Shown here piece after piece: positions 9,820 through 20,808 of a stretch of 61,486 nucleotides of DNA (its first letter is position 1; every line of letters starts with the position of its first letter). The DNA comes from Nitrospira sp. (GTDB lineage Bacteria; Nitrospirota; Nitrospiria; SBBL01; JAADHI01), in the NCBI GenBank assembly GCA_027020665.1, contig JALUVJ010000039.1:1-61486 (forward strand). Direction: 5' to 3'. Under the pieces are notes generated by a model that saw only the letters and a list, made by a program, of their open reading frames with translations, was not told the DNA's origin and searched no databases. Position numbers and translations under genes: made by a program.

Positions 9820-10007
9820 TTGAAACCCGTCTCCTAAAATGTCACTAAAAAGGTGCCGAAAAGGCACCTTCCGCAAGGTAATTTAAATTACTTTACCACG
9901 TGACTTTCTACGGGGTCAATTTTGAATTGCCCCATAAAATCATTGAATTTCCTGGAAAATCTTGACATCTTCCTTCAAAAAAGATAGCTTCTTTTCCGAT
10001 AAACGAT

Positions 10008-10277
10008 ATGGCGACTTTACAACGCACAGGTGCAATGCTCTTATTTTTTGTCCTCCTGGGGGGGCTCTCCGGAGGCATTCTCTCGGAAATTTTGCGCCGT
10101 ATTTCCTCACCCGGCTTTGTCCACGATATTTTCCTCAAAGGCTTTAAAATCGGATTAAATCCACCCGTCACCATAGACCTGCACATGGTTTCATTTACTT
10201 TGGGGTTTACGCTTCAGCTTAACCTGCTGACCGTGCTGGGGATTATTCTGGGGCTTTATACTTACAGACAAGCTTAG
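10008..10277 (+). CDS. Small membrane protein (DUF4321-like)
   Basis: 89 aa with two hydrophobic helices ([17 protein letters not shown]; [14 protein letters not shown]). Its stop overlaps the convergent uvrB stop. The family assignment is from memory only. Confidence 0.45.
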   Translation: MATLQRTGAMLLFFVLLGGLSGGILSEILRRISSPGFVHDIFLKGFKIGLNPPVTIDLHMVSFTLGFTLQLNLLTVLGIILGLYTYRQA

Positions 10278-12268
10278 ACTTCCAAAATTTCCATCTCTTG
10301 AAGCCTGTTAATCCGGTCACGCAGCGCCGCCGCCCGTTCAAATTCCAAAAGCCGCGCGGCTTCCCGCATTTCGCACTCAAGTGTTTTAATCCGCTTCGCG
10401 CGCTCTTTTTGCGGCAGATAGGCCGTATCAGGCTCGGCAACCAGCGCCTCAGACGGGACTTCGCCGTAAGCCTCTTCCCGCAAACTCATCGGAATGGATT
10501 TAACAATGGATTCGGGCGTGATGCCGTGTGCTTCATTGTAAGCTATTTGGGTTTTGCGGCGGCGATTCGTTTCATCGATCGCAAGCTGCATGGACTGCGT
10601 AACCTGATCGCCATAAAAAATAACCCGGCCCGAAGCATTGCGCGCCGCGCGCCCGGCCGTCTGGATCAGCGAGCGATAAGAGCGCAAAAAGCCTTCTTTG
10701 TCCGCATCCAAGATCGCAACCAGCGAAACTTCGGGTAAATCAAGCCCTTCCCGCAAAAGGTTGATGCCGATCAGTACATCAAATTCCCCCAAACGCAGCG
10801 CGCGAATGACCTCCATGCGCTCAATCGTTTTGATATCGGAATGCAAATAACGCACTTTGATACCGATTTCTTCGTAATATTCGCAAAGATCCTCCGCCAT
10901 GCGTTTGGTGAGTGTTGTGACCAATACGCGCTCCGAACGCGCCGTGCGCAAACGAATTTCTTCATGCAGATCATCCACTTGCCCCTTTGCGGGCCGCACG
11001 AGAATTTCGGGATCGATTAAACCCGTCGGGCGAATCACCTGCTCCACGACCTCGCCGCCACTGTGCTCAAGCTCGTAAGGGCCGGGCGTTGCGGAAACAT
11101 AGATCGTCTGCTCCATCAATTGTTCAAATTCCTCAAATTGCAGCGGGCGGTTATCCAAAGCGGAGGGCAGACGAAACCCATAATTCACCAGATTTGTTTT
11201 TCGCGCACGATCCCCGCGAAACATGGCACCGACCTGCGGCACAGTCGCATGACTTTCATCAATCACCAACAGAAAATCTTTCGGAAAATAATCAAAAAGT
11301 GTCGGCGGCGGCTGACCGGGATCGCGGCCCGAAAAATGACGGGAATAATTTTCAATGCCGTTGCAATAACCGATCTCCCGAATCATCTCCAAATCAAAGC
11401 CCGTGCGCTGTTCGATACGCTGCGCCTCCAGATGCATGTTCCGCTCTTTGAAATACCTGATCCGGATTTGCAAATCGGCTTCGATTTCTTCAAGAGCCTT
11501 TTCAAGCCGTTCGGGCAAAATGACATAGTGGCTGCCGGGATAGATGGCGATTTTGGGCAATTGCCCAATGACTTGTCCCTTTAGCGAATCGATTTCGTAA
11601 ATTGACTCCACGGTATCCCCAAAAAATTCGATACGGATGGCATTGGCATCCGAAGCGGCGGGATAAACCTCGACCAAGTCGCCGCGAACCCGAAAAGTCC
11701 CGCGATGAAAATCAAGATCGTTGCGTTCGTATTGGATTTCCACCAGTTTTTTCAGGACCGTGTTGCGCTCGATCTCCTGGCCTTCTTCAAGATAAACCAA
11801 CATGCCGTGATAGGCTTCAGGCGATCCCAAACCGTAAATACAAGAAACGGACGCAACAATAATAATGTCGTTTCGCTGCAAAAGTGCCGTGGTGGCGGCA
11901 TGACGCATGCGGTCAATCGCATCATTGATTGAGGAATCTTTTTCGATCAAGGTATCCGTCTGAGGAATGTAGGCTTCGGGCTGATAATAATCGTAATAAC
12001 TCACAAAATACTCGACCGCATTTTCCGGGAAAAAGTCTTTAAATTCACGATAAAGCTGTGCGGCGAGCGTTTTATTGTGCGCGATGACCAGGGTCGGTTT
12101 TTGAACCGTTTGGATTACATTGGCCAAGGTGAAGGTCTTGCCAGAACCCGTCACGCCCAGCAAGACCTGGTGGGCATCACCGCGCCTGATGCCCTCGCTG
12201 AGTGCGGCAATGGCCTTGGGTTGATCGCCTGCCGGGGAAAATTTTGAAACCAGCTTAAATGCGGACAT
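10274..12268 (-). CDS. uvrB: Excinuclease ABC subunit B
   Basis: 664 aa. It has Walker A GVTGSGKT, helicase motifs, and the C-terminal UVR domain ([13 protein letters not shown]). Confidence 0.96.
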   Translation of the reverse strand: MSAFKLVSKFSPAGDQPKAIAALSEGIRRGDAHQVLLGVTGSGKTFTLANVIQTVQKPTLVIAHNKTLAAQLYREFKDFFPENAVEYFVSYYDYYQPEAYIPQTDTLIEKDSSINDAIDRMRHAATTALLQRNDIIIVASVSCIYGLGSPEAYHGMLVYLEEGQEIERNTVLKKLVEIQYERNDLDFHRGTFRVRGDLVEVYPAASDANAIRIEFFGDTVESIYEIDSLKGQVIGQLPKIAIYPGSHYVILPERLEKALEEIEADLQIRIRYFKERNMHLEAQRIEQRTGFDLEMIREIGYCNGIENYSRHFSGRDPGQPPPTLFDYFPKDFLLVIDESHATVPQVGAMFRGDRARKTNLVNYGFRLPSALDNRPLQFEEFEQLMEQTIYVSATPGPYELEHSGGEVVEQVIRPTGLIDPEILVRPAKGQVDDLHEEIRLRTARSERVLVTTLTKRMAEDLCEYYEEIGIKVRYLHSDIKTIERMEVIRALRLGEFDVLIGINLLREGLDLPEVSLVAILDADKEGFLRSYRSLIQTAGRAARNASGRVIFYGDQVTQSMQLAIDETNRRRKTQIAYNEAHGITPESIVKSIPMSLREEAYGEVPSEALVAEPDTAYLPQKERAKRIKTLECEMREAARLLEFERAAALRDRINRLQEMEILEV

Positions 12269-12270
12269 GT

Positions 12271-13140
12271 TTAAGCCTCCTGCCGGATCCGGCCGCTCCG
12301 AATATGCAGATCACGCTGCGGAAAAGGAATTTCGACCCCGCCGTCCTTCAGCTTTTTTAAAATCATGTAGTTCAGTTCACTGCGCAAAAGCAGCGGGCGT
12401 TCCGTGAAGGTATTTGTCCAGATACGGAGCTTGAAATTGAGCGCGCTGTCTGCAAATTCATCCAGCAACACTTGCGGTGCGGGATCTTGGAGTACCCCCG
12501 GATGCGACGCCGCAACACCCAAAAGGATTTCGCGAACCGCTTCGGGATCTGCGTCATAGGAGACACCCACCGGGATACTGTAACGCACCAAACGATCCGT
12601 GTGACTCCAATTTGTGACGATCGAAGAAATAAACTCGGAATTCGGCACGATAATCGAAATATTGTCATTTGTCACCACCGTCGTCGCCCGCGGAGAAATA
12701 TTGACCACATCCCCCATGATATTGTTCACCTCAATGCGGTCCCCCACCTTGATCGGCCGTTCAAACAAAATAATAATGCCGCTCACAAAGTTACTCGTGA
12801 TATTTTGCAGCCCGAAACCGACACCGATCCCCAAGGCCCCGGCAAGCACCGTGATGGCACTTAAATCCACGCCGGCAGATTGCAGGATCATCAAAAAACC
12901 GATCGTGATCAACACATAGCGGACGATGGAACCCGTCGCCTCACTGATGCCCACATCGATATTTTTCTTGGTGCGAAGTACTTGTACAATCCAAGAACGC
13001 ATCTTCGCCGTCAGGAAAAACAGCAGCGTCACCAGGAGCAGGATATAAACAACGGACCACAGCGTAAACTGGGTTTTGCCCAGCACAAACAGCGGAATAT
13101 TCAGATAGTCTCGCAGCTGACTGAAAAAAGATTGAAGCAT
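12271..13140 (-). CDS. MscS-family mechanosensitive channel
   Basis: [32 protein letters not shown] is the MscS signature region. The ATG at 13140 (MLQSFF) is preferred to the ORF start at 13248. Confidence 0.85.
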   Translation of the reverse strand: MLQSFFSQLRDYLNIPLFVLGKTQFTLWSVVYILLLVTLLFFLTAKMRSWIVQVLRTKKNIDVGISEATGSIVRYVLITIGFLMILQSAGVDLSAITVLAGALGIGVGFGLQNITSNFVSGIIILFERPIKVGDRIEVNNIMGDVVNISPRATTVVTNDNISIIVPNSEFISSIVTNWSHTDRLVRYSIPVGVSYDADPEAVREILLGVAASHPGVLQDPAPQVLLDEFADSALNFKLRIWTNTFTERPLLLRSELNYMILKKLKDGGVEIPFPQRDLHIRSGRIRQEA

Positions 13141-13451
13141 GTGAGGCTTTGGCCTTTCTTTTGGGGCAAAGGTGATAAATTCAAGTTTTTGAGTTCTGTT
13201 TGATGGAATATTTTGCCACAGTGCACTCACAAAAGGCCAGCCGCGCATTGTGCCCGAATTCCGAGATTGCGGAATTCGGGTTGTTCCTCAAAAGGCGGCG
13301 ACACCTTATGAAGGAAATCGGGTGAAAAATCTGATTCGACACGGATTCCAACAGTTGCGCCAATCCGTGCTCCTCCGTCATGAGGTTGGACAAAAGGTCA
13401 TCGGAAACATTTTGGGCCTGAAAAAACACCGGATGCTTTGACCCGAAGATC

Positions 13452-14456
13452 CTAAAACACGTAACTTGCAGAAAACAGCCAGCGTCGGCTTGCAAATGCG
13501 AATACCGGCCTTGAAGACCTTAGGTTCACGGCTTCAAATCCGGCACGAAGTGCGATGGTCGGCGTGGGACGCCATTCGTTTTCAATCCGGAAGCGTTGAT
13601 TTTGATCTAATCGCCCGGCGTGAAGCGGGTCATCCGTTTGCGTCGTAAAACGCTTGCGCCGAAGGTCGTATTTGAGTCGAAAATTCACACGGGGTGAAAA
13701 GTGATACCGGGTTTGAAATGACAAAACCGTGGCACGGTATGAAATATCGTCACGGCGATCGCCCACAAAACCTCCGGCGGCACGGCCGCGCTCAAAGGCG
13801 GCTTCTCCCGAAATCGTCCAATCTTCGCTGAATATATAAAACCCTGTGGGACCTAAGGCGGTGATATCGGAATCTTTTGCATTAAAGGCGTCGTTGTAGT
13901 CGAGTCGCGTGAACGCAAAAGAAAAACCGATACGGCCCCGGGACAGTTCATGATCCAGCAATAGGTTCAGGCCGCGCGAAGCCAATTCAAAGGGTGGCCC
14001 GGTATCGGCTTTGTCGAGGGGCGCGGTGGGAGTCAGATTCAAAAAGAGGCTGCCGTAGTTCCGTCTTCCGAGTGGTCCTTCGATCCCGATTTCGTAAAAA
14101 TCGGTATTTAGGACCGTATTGTCACGGTAACGGTCCATTAGAGCCAGGGCGCTCACAAAGACCTCGCCCTGCAGATAACCCAGCAGAATACGGGATGTCC
14201 AAACGGTATCTGATGTCCTTGCTTCTTTTTCCTGAAAAACATTGTCATCGTAAATAAAGCCGGTTTCAAGCGTGGCGGACCAGGGAGATTCCGGCACCTG
14301 ATCCGGTGTATCGTCAAATACCGCGCCGCTTGCGGGCGGCGCAATGGAAAATATCGTAACGATGATAAGGGCGCAGCAGAACATCAGTGCCCTCATCCAT
14401 TTTTGCATGGACTTCGAAAAGGGCCGGGGCAAGACAGAAAGGCTCAGGGTCGGCAT
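13452..14456 (-). CDS. Putative outer-membrane beta-barrel protein of unknown family
   Basis: Signal peptide (MRALMFCCALIIVTIFSIAPPASGA), alternating beta-strand pattern, and an aromatic C-terminal residue (SASYVF). It starts 6 nt after the upstream glycosyltransferase stop. Alternative starts are at 14408 and 14396. Confidence 0.6.
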   Translation of the reverse strand: MPTLSLSVLPRPFSKSMQKWMRALMFCCALIIVTIFSIAPPASGAVFDDTPDQVPESPWSATLETGFIYDDNVFQEKEARTSDTVWTSRILLGYLQGEVFVSALALMDRYRDNTVLNTDFYEIGIEGPLGRRNYGSLFLNLTPTAPLDKADTGPPFELASRGLNLLLDHELSRGRIGFSFAFTRLDYNDAFNAKDSDITALGPTGFYIFSEDWTISGEAAFERGRAAGGFVGDRRDDISYRATVLSFQTRYHFSPRVNFRLKYDLRRKRFTTQTDDPLHAGRLDQNQRFRIENEWRPTPTIALRAGFEAVNLRSSRPVFAFASRRWLFSASYVF

Positions 14457-14462
14457 CTTGTT

Positions 14463-16151
14463 TCAATCGGTCTTCAAATACGGGGATGCGGGTTTGGCTT
14501 TTTCCAAAATGCCTTCGTAAAGCGGCAGGTATTTTTGTTGCAGCACTTTATCCCAAGTAAAATGTCTTTTGATATTTTCAAAGGCATCCCGCTGCATGGA
14601 CCGCAATTGTTTCTTGCCGGGACTGCGGTAAACCGCAATGGCGCGTTTCATCGTCAGATATAAGGCATCCGCTCCGCCCAGGTATGAAAAGCCGTAACGC
14701 CGATCAAGGGTTTTTACCAACCCGCCAACGCGGTGCACAATCGGCAGGTTTCCATTGAGTTGGGCAATAAAATCCGTTAGGCCACAAGGCTCAAAACGGG
14801 AGGGAATCAGGAAAAAATCGCCCGATGCAAAAACCCGATGGGCATGGGTCGGGCTGTAACCCTCGATGAAACAGACCCGCCCTGCGTATGTTTCCGCAAG
14901 GGTTTGAAACTTTTTCACAATACGGGGATCGCCCTTGCCCAGACCCCACAAGCCGATCTTTTCATCTTCGCGCAAGAGCCGCGCGATGGCCGCATGCAAT
15001 ACATCAAAACCTTTTTGTTCACTTAAACGCCCCACAAAAGTAAAGAGGGGCCGGCCGGTCCGCTGGGTGAGACGGCCGTACTTTTTGGCCGTCTCACTAT
15101 TTTTAAAATCTTTTAACTGGGCGATGGATTTTTGTTTGCACAAGGCTTTGCCCCGCCAATCTTGTTCATCCGGCGAAAAGCCGCACGGCAGACCGAGGGC
15201 CGCTGCGCCGCAGGGGTGATAGGTTTCGATATCGATGCCGTTGGTGATGCCGGTGAGTGAAACGCCCAGTGCGGCATAACGATGGCCCAGCCAGCCCGTT
15301 TGCGCATCCAAGCCCGTTTCCCGAAGCTCGCGGGCGTAGTTTTCGCTGACGGTATTGACCGCCGTGCCGTAAATCCCGCCGGCCAGCAAAGGATCAAAAG
15401 CGCCTTCCAGGGTGCAGCCTGCCACGGCGCTTTGTGCGATGCCCGGATCAAGCCCGCAGATGTTTTGCGCATAATCCAAACCCTCTGTTTCCTGATGATA
15501 ACCCTTGCCTGCGTTGTGAAGGGTCAAGAGTGTGGGCAGATGGGCCAGGTCGGGGGGATAGCCGTCCGTCCCGGCCTGTGCAATAAAGGGAAACAAAGCC
15601 GCATGACCGTCATGGCAATGCACAAGATCGGGCCGCCATGAGACATGCGCCAAAATAAACAGCGCGGCTTTGACCAGCAAGACATTTTGTGCGAAGGAAT
15701 CGGCATACCCCCGGCCTTCCAGTGCGGGGTTTTTTAAGGCAAGTGCTTCTTCGCGGGTGTATTGATAAATGCCGTGCCGCGGGATTTTTCTTTCAGGCTG
15801 CTCGGCCAGATACCGGAAGGGATCGGCTTTGATGAGAGAAAGCGTCAATTTATTCGCGATTTTACAGGTTGCGACCCTTATTTTTTCATCCCGGACATAA
15901 GCCCCGTAATCCATGCGAACCACAAAGGAACAGAGGGGCTTAAGACTCAGTTTGTGACGAAGCAGGTACTCATCGACTTTGCGATAATGCGGTAGAACCA
16001 TTTCGGTGATAATGCCCGCATTTGCGCTGGCCCTGCAAAGGCCCCAGGTTACGTCTTTAATGCCGCCCGCACCCGCAAGGGGGCCGAACTCGCGCGCAAT
16101 GTGCAGAATGCGATGTATTTTTTTGGATGGATCCTGAGGGCGTGCAGCCAT
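14463..16151 (-). CDS. Glycogen/starch-synthase-like GT5 glycosyltransferase
   Basis: ILHIAREFGPLAGAGGIKDV corresponds to the KTGGL region, and FLIPSRFEPCGLTDFIAQLNGNLPIVHRVGGL is the C-terminal GT-B signature. The ATG at 16151 is preferred; the ORF extends to a TTG at 16193. Confidence 0.8.
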   Translation of the reverse strand: MAARPQDPSKKIHRILHIAREFGPLAGAGGIKDVTWGLCRASANAGIITEMVLPHYRKVDEYLLRHKLSLKPLCSFVVRMDYGAYVRDEKIRVATCKIANKLTLSLIKADPFRYLAEQPERKIPRHGIYQYTREEALALKNPALEGRGYADSFAQNVLLVKAALFILAHVSWRPDLVHCHDGHAALFPFIAQAGTDGYPPDLAHLPTLLTLHNAGKGYHQETEGLDYAQNICGLDPGIAQSAVAGCTLEGAFDPLLAGGIYGTAVNTVSENYARELRETGLDAQTGWLGHRYAALGVSLTGITNGIDIETYHPCGAAALGLPCGFSPDEQDWRGKALCKQKSIAQLKDFKNSETAKKYGRLTQRTGRPLFTFVGRLSEQKGFDVLHAAIARLLREDEKIGLWGLGKGDPRIVKKFQTLAETYAGRVCFIEGYSPTHAHRVFASGDFFLIPSRFEPCGLTDFIAQLNGNLPIVHRVGGLVKTLDRRYGFSYLGGADALYLTMKRAIAVYRSPGKKQLRSMQRDAFENIKRHFTWDKVLQQKYLPLYEGILEKAKPASPYLKTD

Positions 16152-16257
16152 TGTCGAAACCGGTTTGAGCAGAAGAATGTAACGCGCGGCCAACGAAACG
16201 GGGGGAAGGCTTCACCCCGGCCCGGAAGCCTGCCGACAAGACGGGGGATAGACAATC

Positions 16258-16290
16258 AAAACCGGTATCAAGATATCTTGTGCCGGTTTT
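16258..16290 (-). terminator. Intrinsic terminator-like hairpin downstream of the small secreted-protein gene
   Basis: AAAACCGG...CAAGATATCTTG...CCGGTTTT is a compound palindrome. On the minus strand the stem is followed by UUUUG. Confidence 0.45.
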
Positions 16291-16311
16291 GCCGGAAAAC
16301 GTCGCGTGCCG

Positions 16312-16668
16312 CTATTTTTTTCGGCACTCCGCCTTAAAAGCAAGAAAGGCCAGCACGTCGAGCCGTGCGTCCTGAATTTCCGGATGGGCATTGATGTATT
16401 CGGTCAGGGTTTTTTCAAATTCAACCGGCCCCATGTGTTTGATGCATTTTTCCAACCAAGGCACAATCGCCTGCTCATCCGCCATCGGTTGCACAATCGA
16501 CATGCCGTGTACAAAGCCGTTCACATAAAAGGTCCGTACCGGAGATTCCATTTTCAGGTAATTCCGCCCGGAGAAACCGTCGGTGCCCGCTGCAAAAAGC
16601 TCGCGGTGCCCGGAAGACAGAAAGAGCACAGCAGAGACCGTTGACAAAATAATAAGCAGACGTTTCAT
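16312..16668 (-). CDS. Small secreted protein of unknown function
   Basis: The ATG at 16668 has AAAGGA upstream. MKRLLIILSTVSAVLFLSSG is a signal peptide. About 118 aa. Confidence 0.55.
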   Translation of the reverse strand: MKRLLIILSTVSAVLFLSSGHRELFAAGTDGFSGRNYLKMESPVRTFYVNGFVHGMSIVQPMADEQAIVPWLEKCIKHMGPVEFEKTLTEYINAHPEIQDARLDVLAFLAFKAECRKK

Positions 16669-16733
16669 TGATCTATCCTTTCTTTTTTCGCTAAAAACAG
16701 CCGACCCCCCCTGGGTTTGCATCCGGCATCCGT

Positions 16734-17735
<1,002 letters not shown>

Positions 17736-17778
17736 CTAACGGGGGTGCCCCAAGGGATTCACGGCTAAAAACGACCTT

Positions 17779-17807
17779 ATTATGGCCACTGCCCCAAAGA
17801 CTGTCAA
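17779..17807 (-). promoter_or_regulatory. Sigma-70-type promoter candidate for trpS
   Basis: On the minus strand this reads TTGACA, 17 nt, CATAAT. The -35 is at 17802-17807 and the -10 at 17779-17784, about 44 nt upstream of the trpS ATG. Confidence 0.5.
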
Positions 17808-17852
17808 GCGAAGAAATCGGGGGGGTGTGAGGCCGTCCTTGGGCTTGAATCT

Positions 17853-17885
17853 CTCACCCAAAATCAATCGCTGATTTTGGGTGAG
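17853..17885. other. Perfect 14-bp inverted repeat (5-nt loop) in the trpS/rsmD divergent region
   Basis: CTCACCCAAAATCA-ATCGC-TGATTTTGGGTGAG. It lies upstream of the predicted trpS promoter and has no U-tract on either strand. Confidence 0.8.
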
Positions 17886-18004
17886 CTTATCCCGCTTGAA
17901 AGGTAAGGAGGGATGTGACATCATTTATTCGGGTTTTCGTCATGCGAAACAAGATCCGCGTGTGGCATTTTCACGATGGATCTCAGGGAAAAGGGAGCGT
18001 TGAC

Positions 18005-18547
18005 ATGCGCATTGTTTCGGGATCTATTAAAGGTCGCAGGCTCTTTGCCCCTTCCGGCCTGGCCTTGCGTCCGACGCCGGGCAAAGTCCGCTCCGCTTTA
18101 TTTAACATTTTGTCCGAACAAATTGCAGAAGCTTCGTTTTTAGATCTCTATGCCGGAACAGGTGCGATGGGCCTGGAAGCGCTCAGCCGGGGCGCAAAAC
18201 AGGTGACCTTCGTGGAACAAGTGCCCCGGCATCTGCAATATCTGCGAAAAAATATTGCGGCCTGCGGCATGGCGGCGCAATCGCGCGTGCGCGGCATGGC
18301 TGTGGAAGATTTTCTCCGGGCCTCAGGACAGCGTTTTGACTTGGTTTTTCTAGACCCCCCCTATACGAGCGACGCCTTTGAAAAAATATTGCCAAGTCTC
18401 CGGTCGGGTGATATGATTGCCGACACGGGATGCGTAATTATTGAGCATTTTCATAAACGTGCGCTCCCTGAAATGATTGGGAAAATCGGATTTTTAAAAC
18501 AGTATCGTTACGGAGAAACCCTCCTTTCTTTTTATGGAAAGCAATGA
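18005..18547 (+). CDS. rsmD: 16S rRNA (guanine966-N2)-methyltransferase
   Basis: MRIVSGSIKGRRL...RPTPGKVRSALFNIL, the SAM motif LDLYAGTGAMGLEALSRGA, and LDPPY. The ATG at 18005 is preferred to the ORF start at 17915. Confidence 0.85.
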   Translation: MRIVSGSIKGRRLFAPSGLALRPTPGKVRSALFNILSEQIAEASFLDLYAGTGAMGLEALSRGAKQVTFVEQVPRHLQYLRKNIAACGMAAQSRVRGMAVEDFLRASGQRFDLVFLDPPYTSDAFEKILPSLRSGDMIADTGCVIIEHFHKRALPEMIGKIGFLKQYRYGETLLSFYGKQ

Positions 18548-19046
18548 GCGGCCACAGCTTGCTGTCTACCCCGGCACATTCGACCCCATTACCAAGGGCC
18601 ATATCGACATCATAGGACGTGCGCTTCGGCTCTTTGAGCGCGTGGTGGTTGCTGTTGCGCCCAACCCCGGCAAGACACCGCTTTTTGACACCGACGAACG
18701 TCTCGCCATGATTCGGGAGGCCACAAAACAATTCGACAAGCTTTCGGTTGAAACCTTTGAAGGCCTGCTGATTCACTACATGAAACAAAGGGGGGCGATT
18801 GCCATCGTCCGGGGCATTCGCGCGGTGTCCGACTTTGAATATGAATTTCAAATGGCTTTAATGAACCGCAAGCTGGACATGAACATTGAGACGGTGTTTC
18901 TCATGCCCAGCGAGGAATTTACTTATTTATCTTCGAGTTTGATTAAAGAAGTCGCAAGCTATGGGGGAGAGATTTCCGACTTGGTCCCCGATATTGTTTC
19001 GGAAAAAATAGCGAAAAAATTATCCATGAATGCACATACAGGATAA
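18534..19046 (+). CDS. coaD: Phosphopantetheine adenylyltransferase
   Basis: LAVYPGTFDPITKGHIDII with ISSSLIKEV. It overlaps rsmD by 14 nt. Confidence 0.95.
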   Translation: MESNERPQLAVYPGTFDPITKGHIDIIGRALRLFERVVVAVAPNPGKTPLFDTDERLAMIREATKQFDKLSVETFEGLLIHYMKQRGAIAIVRGIRAVSDFEYEFQMALMNRKLDMNIETVFLMPSEEFTYLSSSLIKEVASYGGEISDLVPDIVSEKIAKKLSMNAHTG

Positions 19047-19053
19047 AATAACG

Positions 19054-20247
19054 ATGAAACTTGCAAAACGGATTTCACGCATCAAAGCCTCCGCGACGAT
19101 GGCTATGGCCGCAAGGGCGAAGGCCTTGCGCGCAGAAGGGGTTGAAATCATCGGTTTCGGTTTGGGCGAGCCCGACTTCCCGACCGCGTCCGTTGCGGCA
19201 GAGGCCGGGATTGCCGCGATTCGTGCGGGTAAAACGCGTTACACGCCGCCTGCCGGCACGGATGCGCTCAAAGACGCGATCATCCGAAAATTGAAACGCG
19301 ATAACGGGCTCGACTATCAAAAGAGCGAAATCATCGTCTCTTGCGGTGCGAAACACACGCTTTACAATATCGCACAAGTGCTTTTTGAGGCTGGAGATGA
19401 AGTCATCATTCCCGCGCCGTACTGGGTAACCTATCCCGACCAGGTTTTATTGAGCGGTGCGACTCCCGTGATTGTGGAAACGGAAGAACGCAACGGGTTT
19501 TTGATGACCCCGACCGAACTTAAAGCAGCCATCACCCCCCACACAAAGGCTCTGATTCTCAACGCTCCTTCTAACCCAACGGGTGCGATTTACAGCCGGG
19601 CCGATTATGAAGCCTTTGCCGAGCTGTTGGCGGAAGAAGATCTCTGCATTATCTCCGATGAGATTTATGAAAAATTTATTTATGACGGGGCCTCACATGC
19701 CAGCATCGCCGTAGTTTCACCGGCCCTGAAGGAAAAAACCCTTGTTGTGAACGGCGTATCCAAGGCCTATTCCATGACCGGCTGGCGCATCGGTTACGCG
19801 GCCGGCCCGGAAGCCCTCATCCGGGCCATGACCGTATTGCAAAGTCAGAGTACCTCGAACCCCGCATCCATCGCACAAAGTGCCGCACGCGCCGCACTGG
19901 ATGACGGAGCTCCTTTCAGTCAAGAGATGCTCCAGGCCTTTTCGGAAAGAAGAACCTTCATGGTCGAGACATTAAATAAAATACCGGGGATTTCCTGTCC
20001 ATCGCCCCCCGGCAGCTTTTACGTCTTCCCGAACGTGAAAGGTCTTCTGGGCAAATCACACCCCAAAGGTCTGATTAAGAATACATTGGATCTCGCAACC
20101 TTTCTTTTGGAAGAGGGCGGCGTGACCACCATTCCCGGGGAAGCCTTCGGGGCGCCCGGATATTTGAGGCTCTCTTTCGCCGCATCTAAAGAAATGCTTA
20201 ATCGCGGTTTGGAAAAAATACAGCATGCGCTCTCGCAACTGGTTTGA
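19054..20247 (+). CDS. Class-I pyridoxal-phosphate aminotransferase (aspartate aminotransferase type)
   Basis: GEPDFPT, the PLP-lysine region NGVSKAYSMTGWRIGY, and LRLSFA near the C-terminus. The ATG at 19054 is preferred. Confidence 0.9.
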   Translation: MKLAKRISRIKASATMAMAARAKALRAEGVEIIGFGLGEPDFPTASVAAEAGIAAIRAGKTRYTPPAGTDALKDAIIRKLKRDNGLDYQKSEIIVSCGAKHTLYNIAQVLFEAGDEVIIPAPYWVTYPDQVLLSGATPVIVETEERNGFLMTPTELKAAITPHTKALILNAPSNPTGAIYSRADYEAFAELLAEEDLCIISDEIYEKFIYDGASHASIAVVSPALKEKTLVVNGVSKAYSMTGWRIGYAAGPEALIRAMTVLQSQSTSNPASIAQSAARAALDDGAPFSQEMLQAFSERRTFMVETLNKIPGISCPSPPGSFYVFPNVKGLLGKSHPKGLIKNTLDLATFLLEEGGVTTIPGEAFGAPGYLRLSFAASKEMLNRGLEKIQHALSQLV

Positions 20248-20266
20248 TGAATGAGGAGGAACAGTA

Positions 20267-20551
20267 TTGCCTATTTATGAATATGAATGCACGGCTTGCA
20301 GTAAACGGACAGAACTTTTGCAAAAGGTGGATGATCCTCCCTTAGAAAAATGTCCGGACTGCGAAGGTGCGGTGCATAAGGTGGTTTCCCCTGCGGGGCT
20401 TCATTTTAAAGGCAGCGGCTGGTATATCACCGACTATGCAAAAAAGAACGGTCAATCGGCCTCAGAGCCCAAAGGAAATAAAAAACCCGAATCTTCGGCC
20501 CCCAAAAAAGCGGGCACCTCCAATAAGCCTGCGGGGGAATCAAAAGAATAA
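20267..20551 (+). CDS. FmdB-family zinc-ribbon protein
   Basis: TTG start with GAGGAGGA upstream. MPIYEYECTACSKRTE...CPDCEG gives two CxxC pairs. The tail is basic and low-complexity. Confidence 0.8.
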   Translation: MPIYEYECTACSKRTELLQKVDDPPLEKCPDCEGAVHKVVSPAGLHFKGSGWYITDYAKKNGQSASEPKGNKKPESSAPKKAGTSNKPAGESKE

Positions 20552-20560
20552 AAAAGGCGT

Positions 20561-20631
20561 TGTAAAGCGCCCAAATTTAGCACCAATCAAAAGTAGAGGT
20601 TTTTGTCATTGATAAATTTGGGGGCTTTACA
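20561..20631. other. 71-nt extended hairpin immediately 3' of the FmdB-family gene
   Basis: TGTAAAGCGCCCAAATTTA (20561-20579) pairs with TAAATTTGGGGGCTTTACA (20613-20631), 18 of 19 positions. An inner CAAT/ATTG plus CAAAA/TTTTG pairing extends it. Confidence 0.7.
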
Positions 20632-20775
20632 CCGGGCCTTAAGCTTTTTCAGCTCTTCCTGTTCGGCTGTGAGCTTCCTATTGCCTCGAAAGGCTTGACC
20701 CTGCTCCTTGCCGATTCTCTTTGATCCCACGGCCTCACATCTTGGCCTGAATTCCAAGACTCTTCCTAGCTTCGA

Positions 20776-20798
20776 CGCGCGCCGCTTCGCGGCGCGCG
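20776..20798. other. Perfect 10-bp all-GC hairpin next to the stop of the FAD-dehydrogenase gene
   Basis: CGCGCGCCGC-TTC-GCGGCGCGCG. There is no U-tract on either side, so a terminator role is uncertain. Confidence 0.7.
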
Positions 20799-20808
20799 AA
20801 CATGGGAC

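Noticed and set aside
10274-10277. Overlapping convergent stop codons of the DUF4321-like gene and uvrB (CTTAG).
   Set aside because: This is a trivial consequence of tight packing, and no functional implication can be supported.
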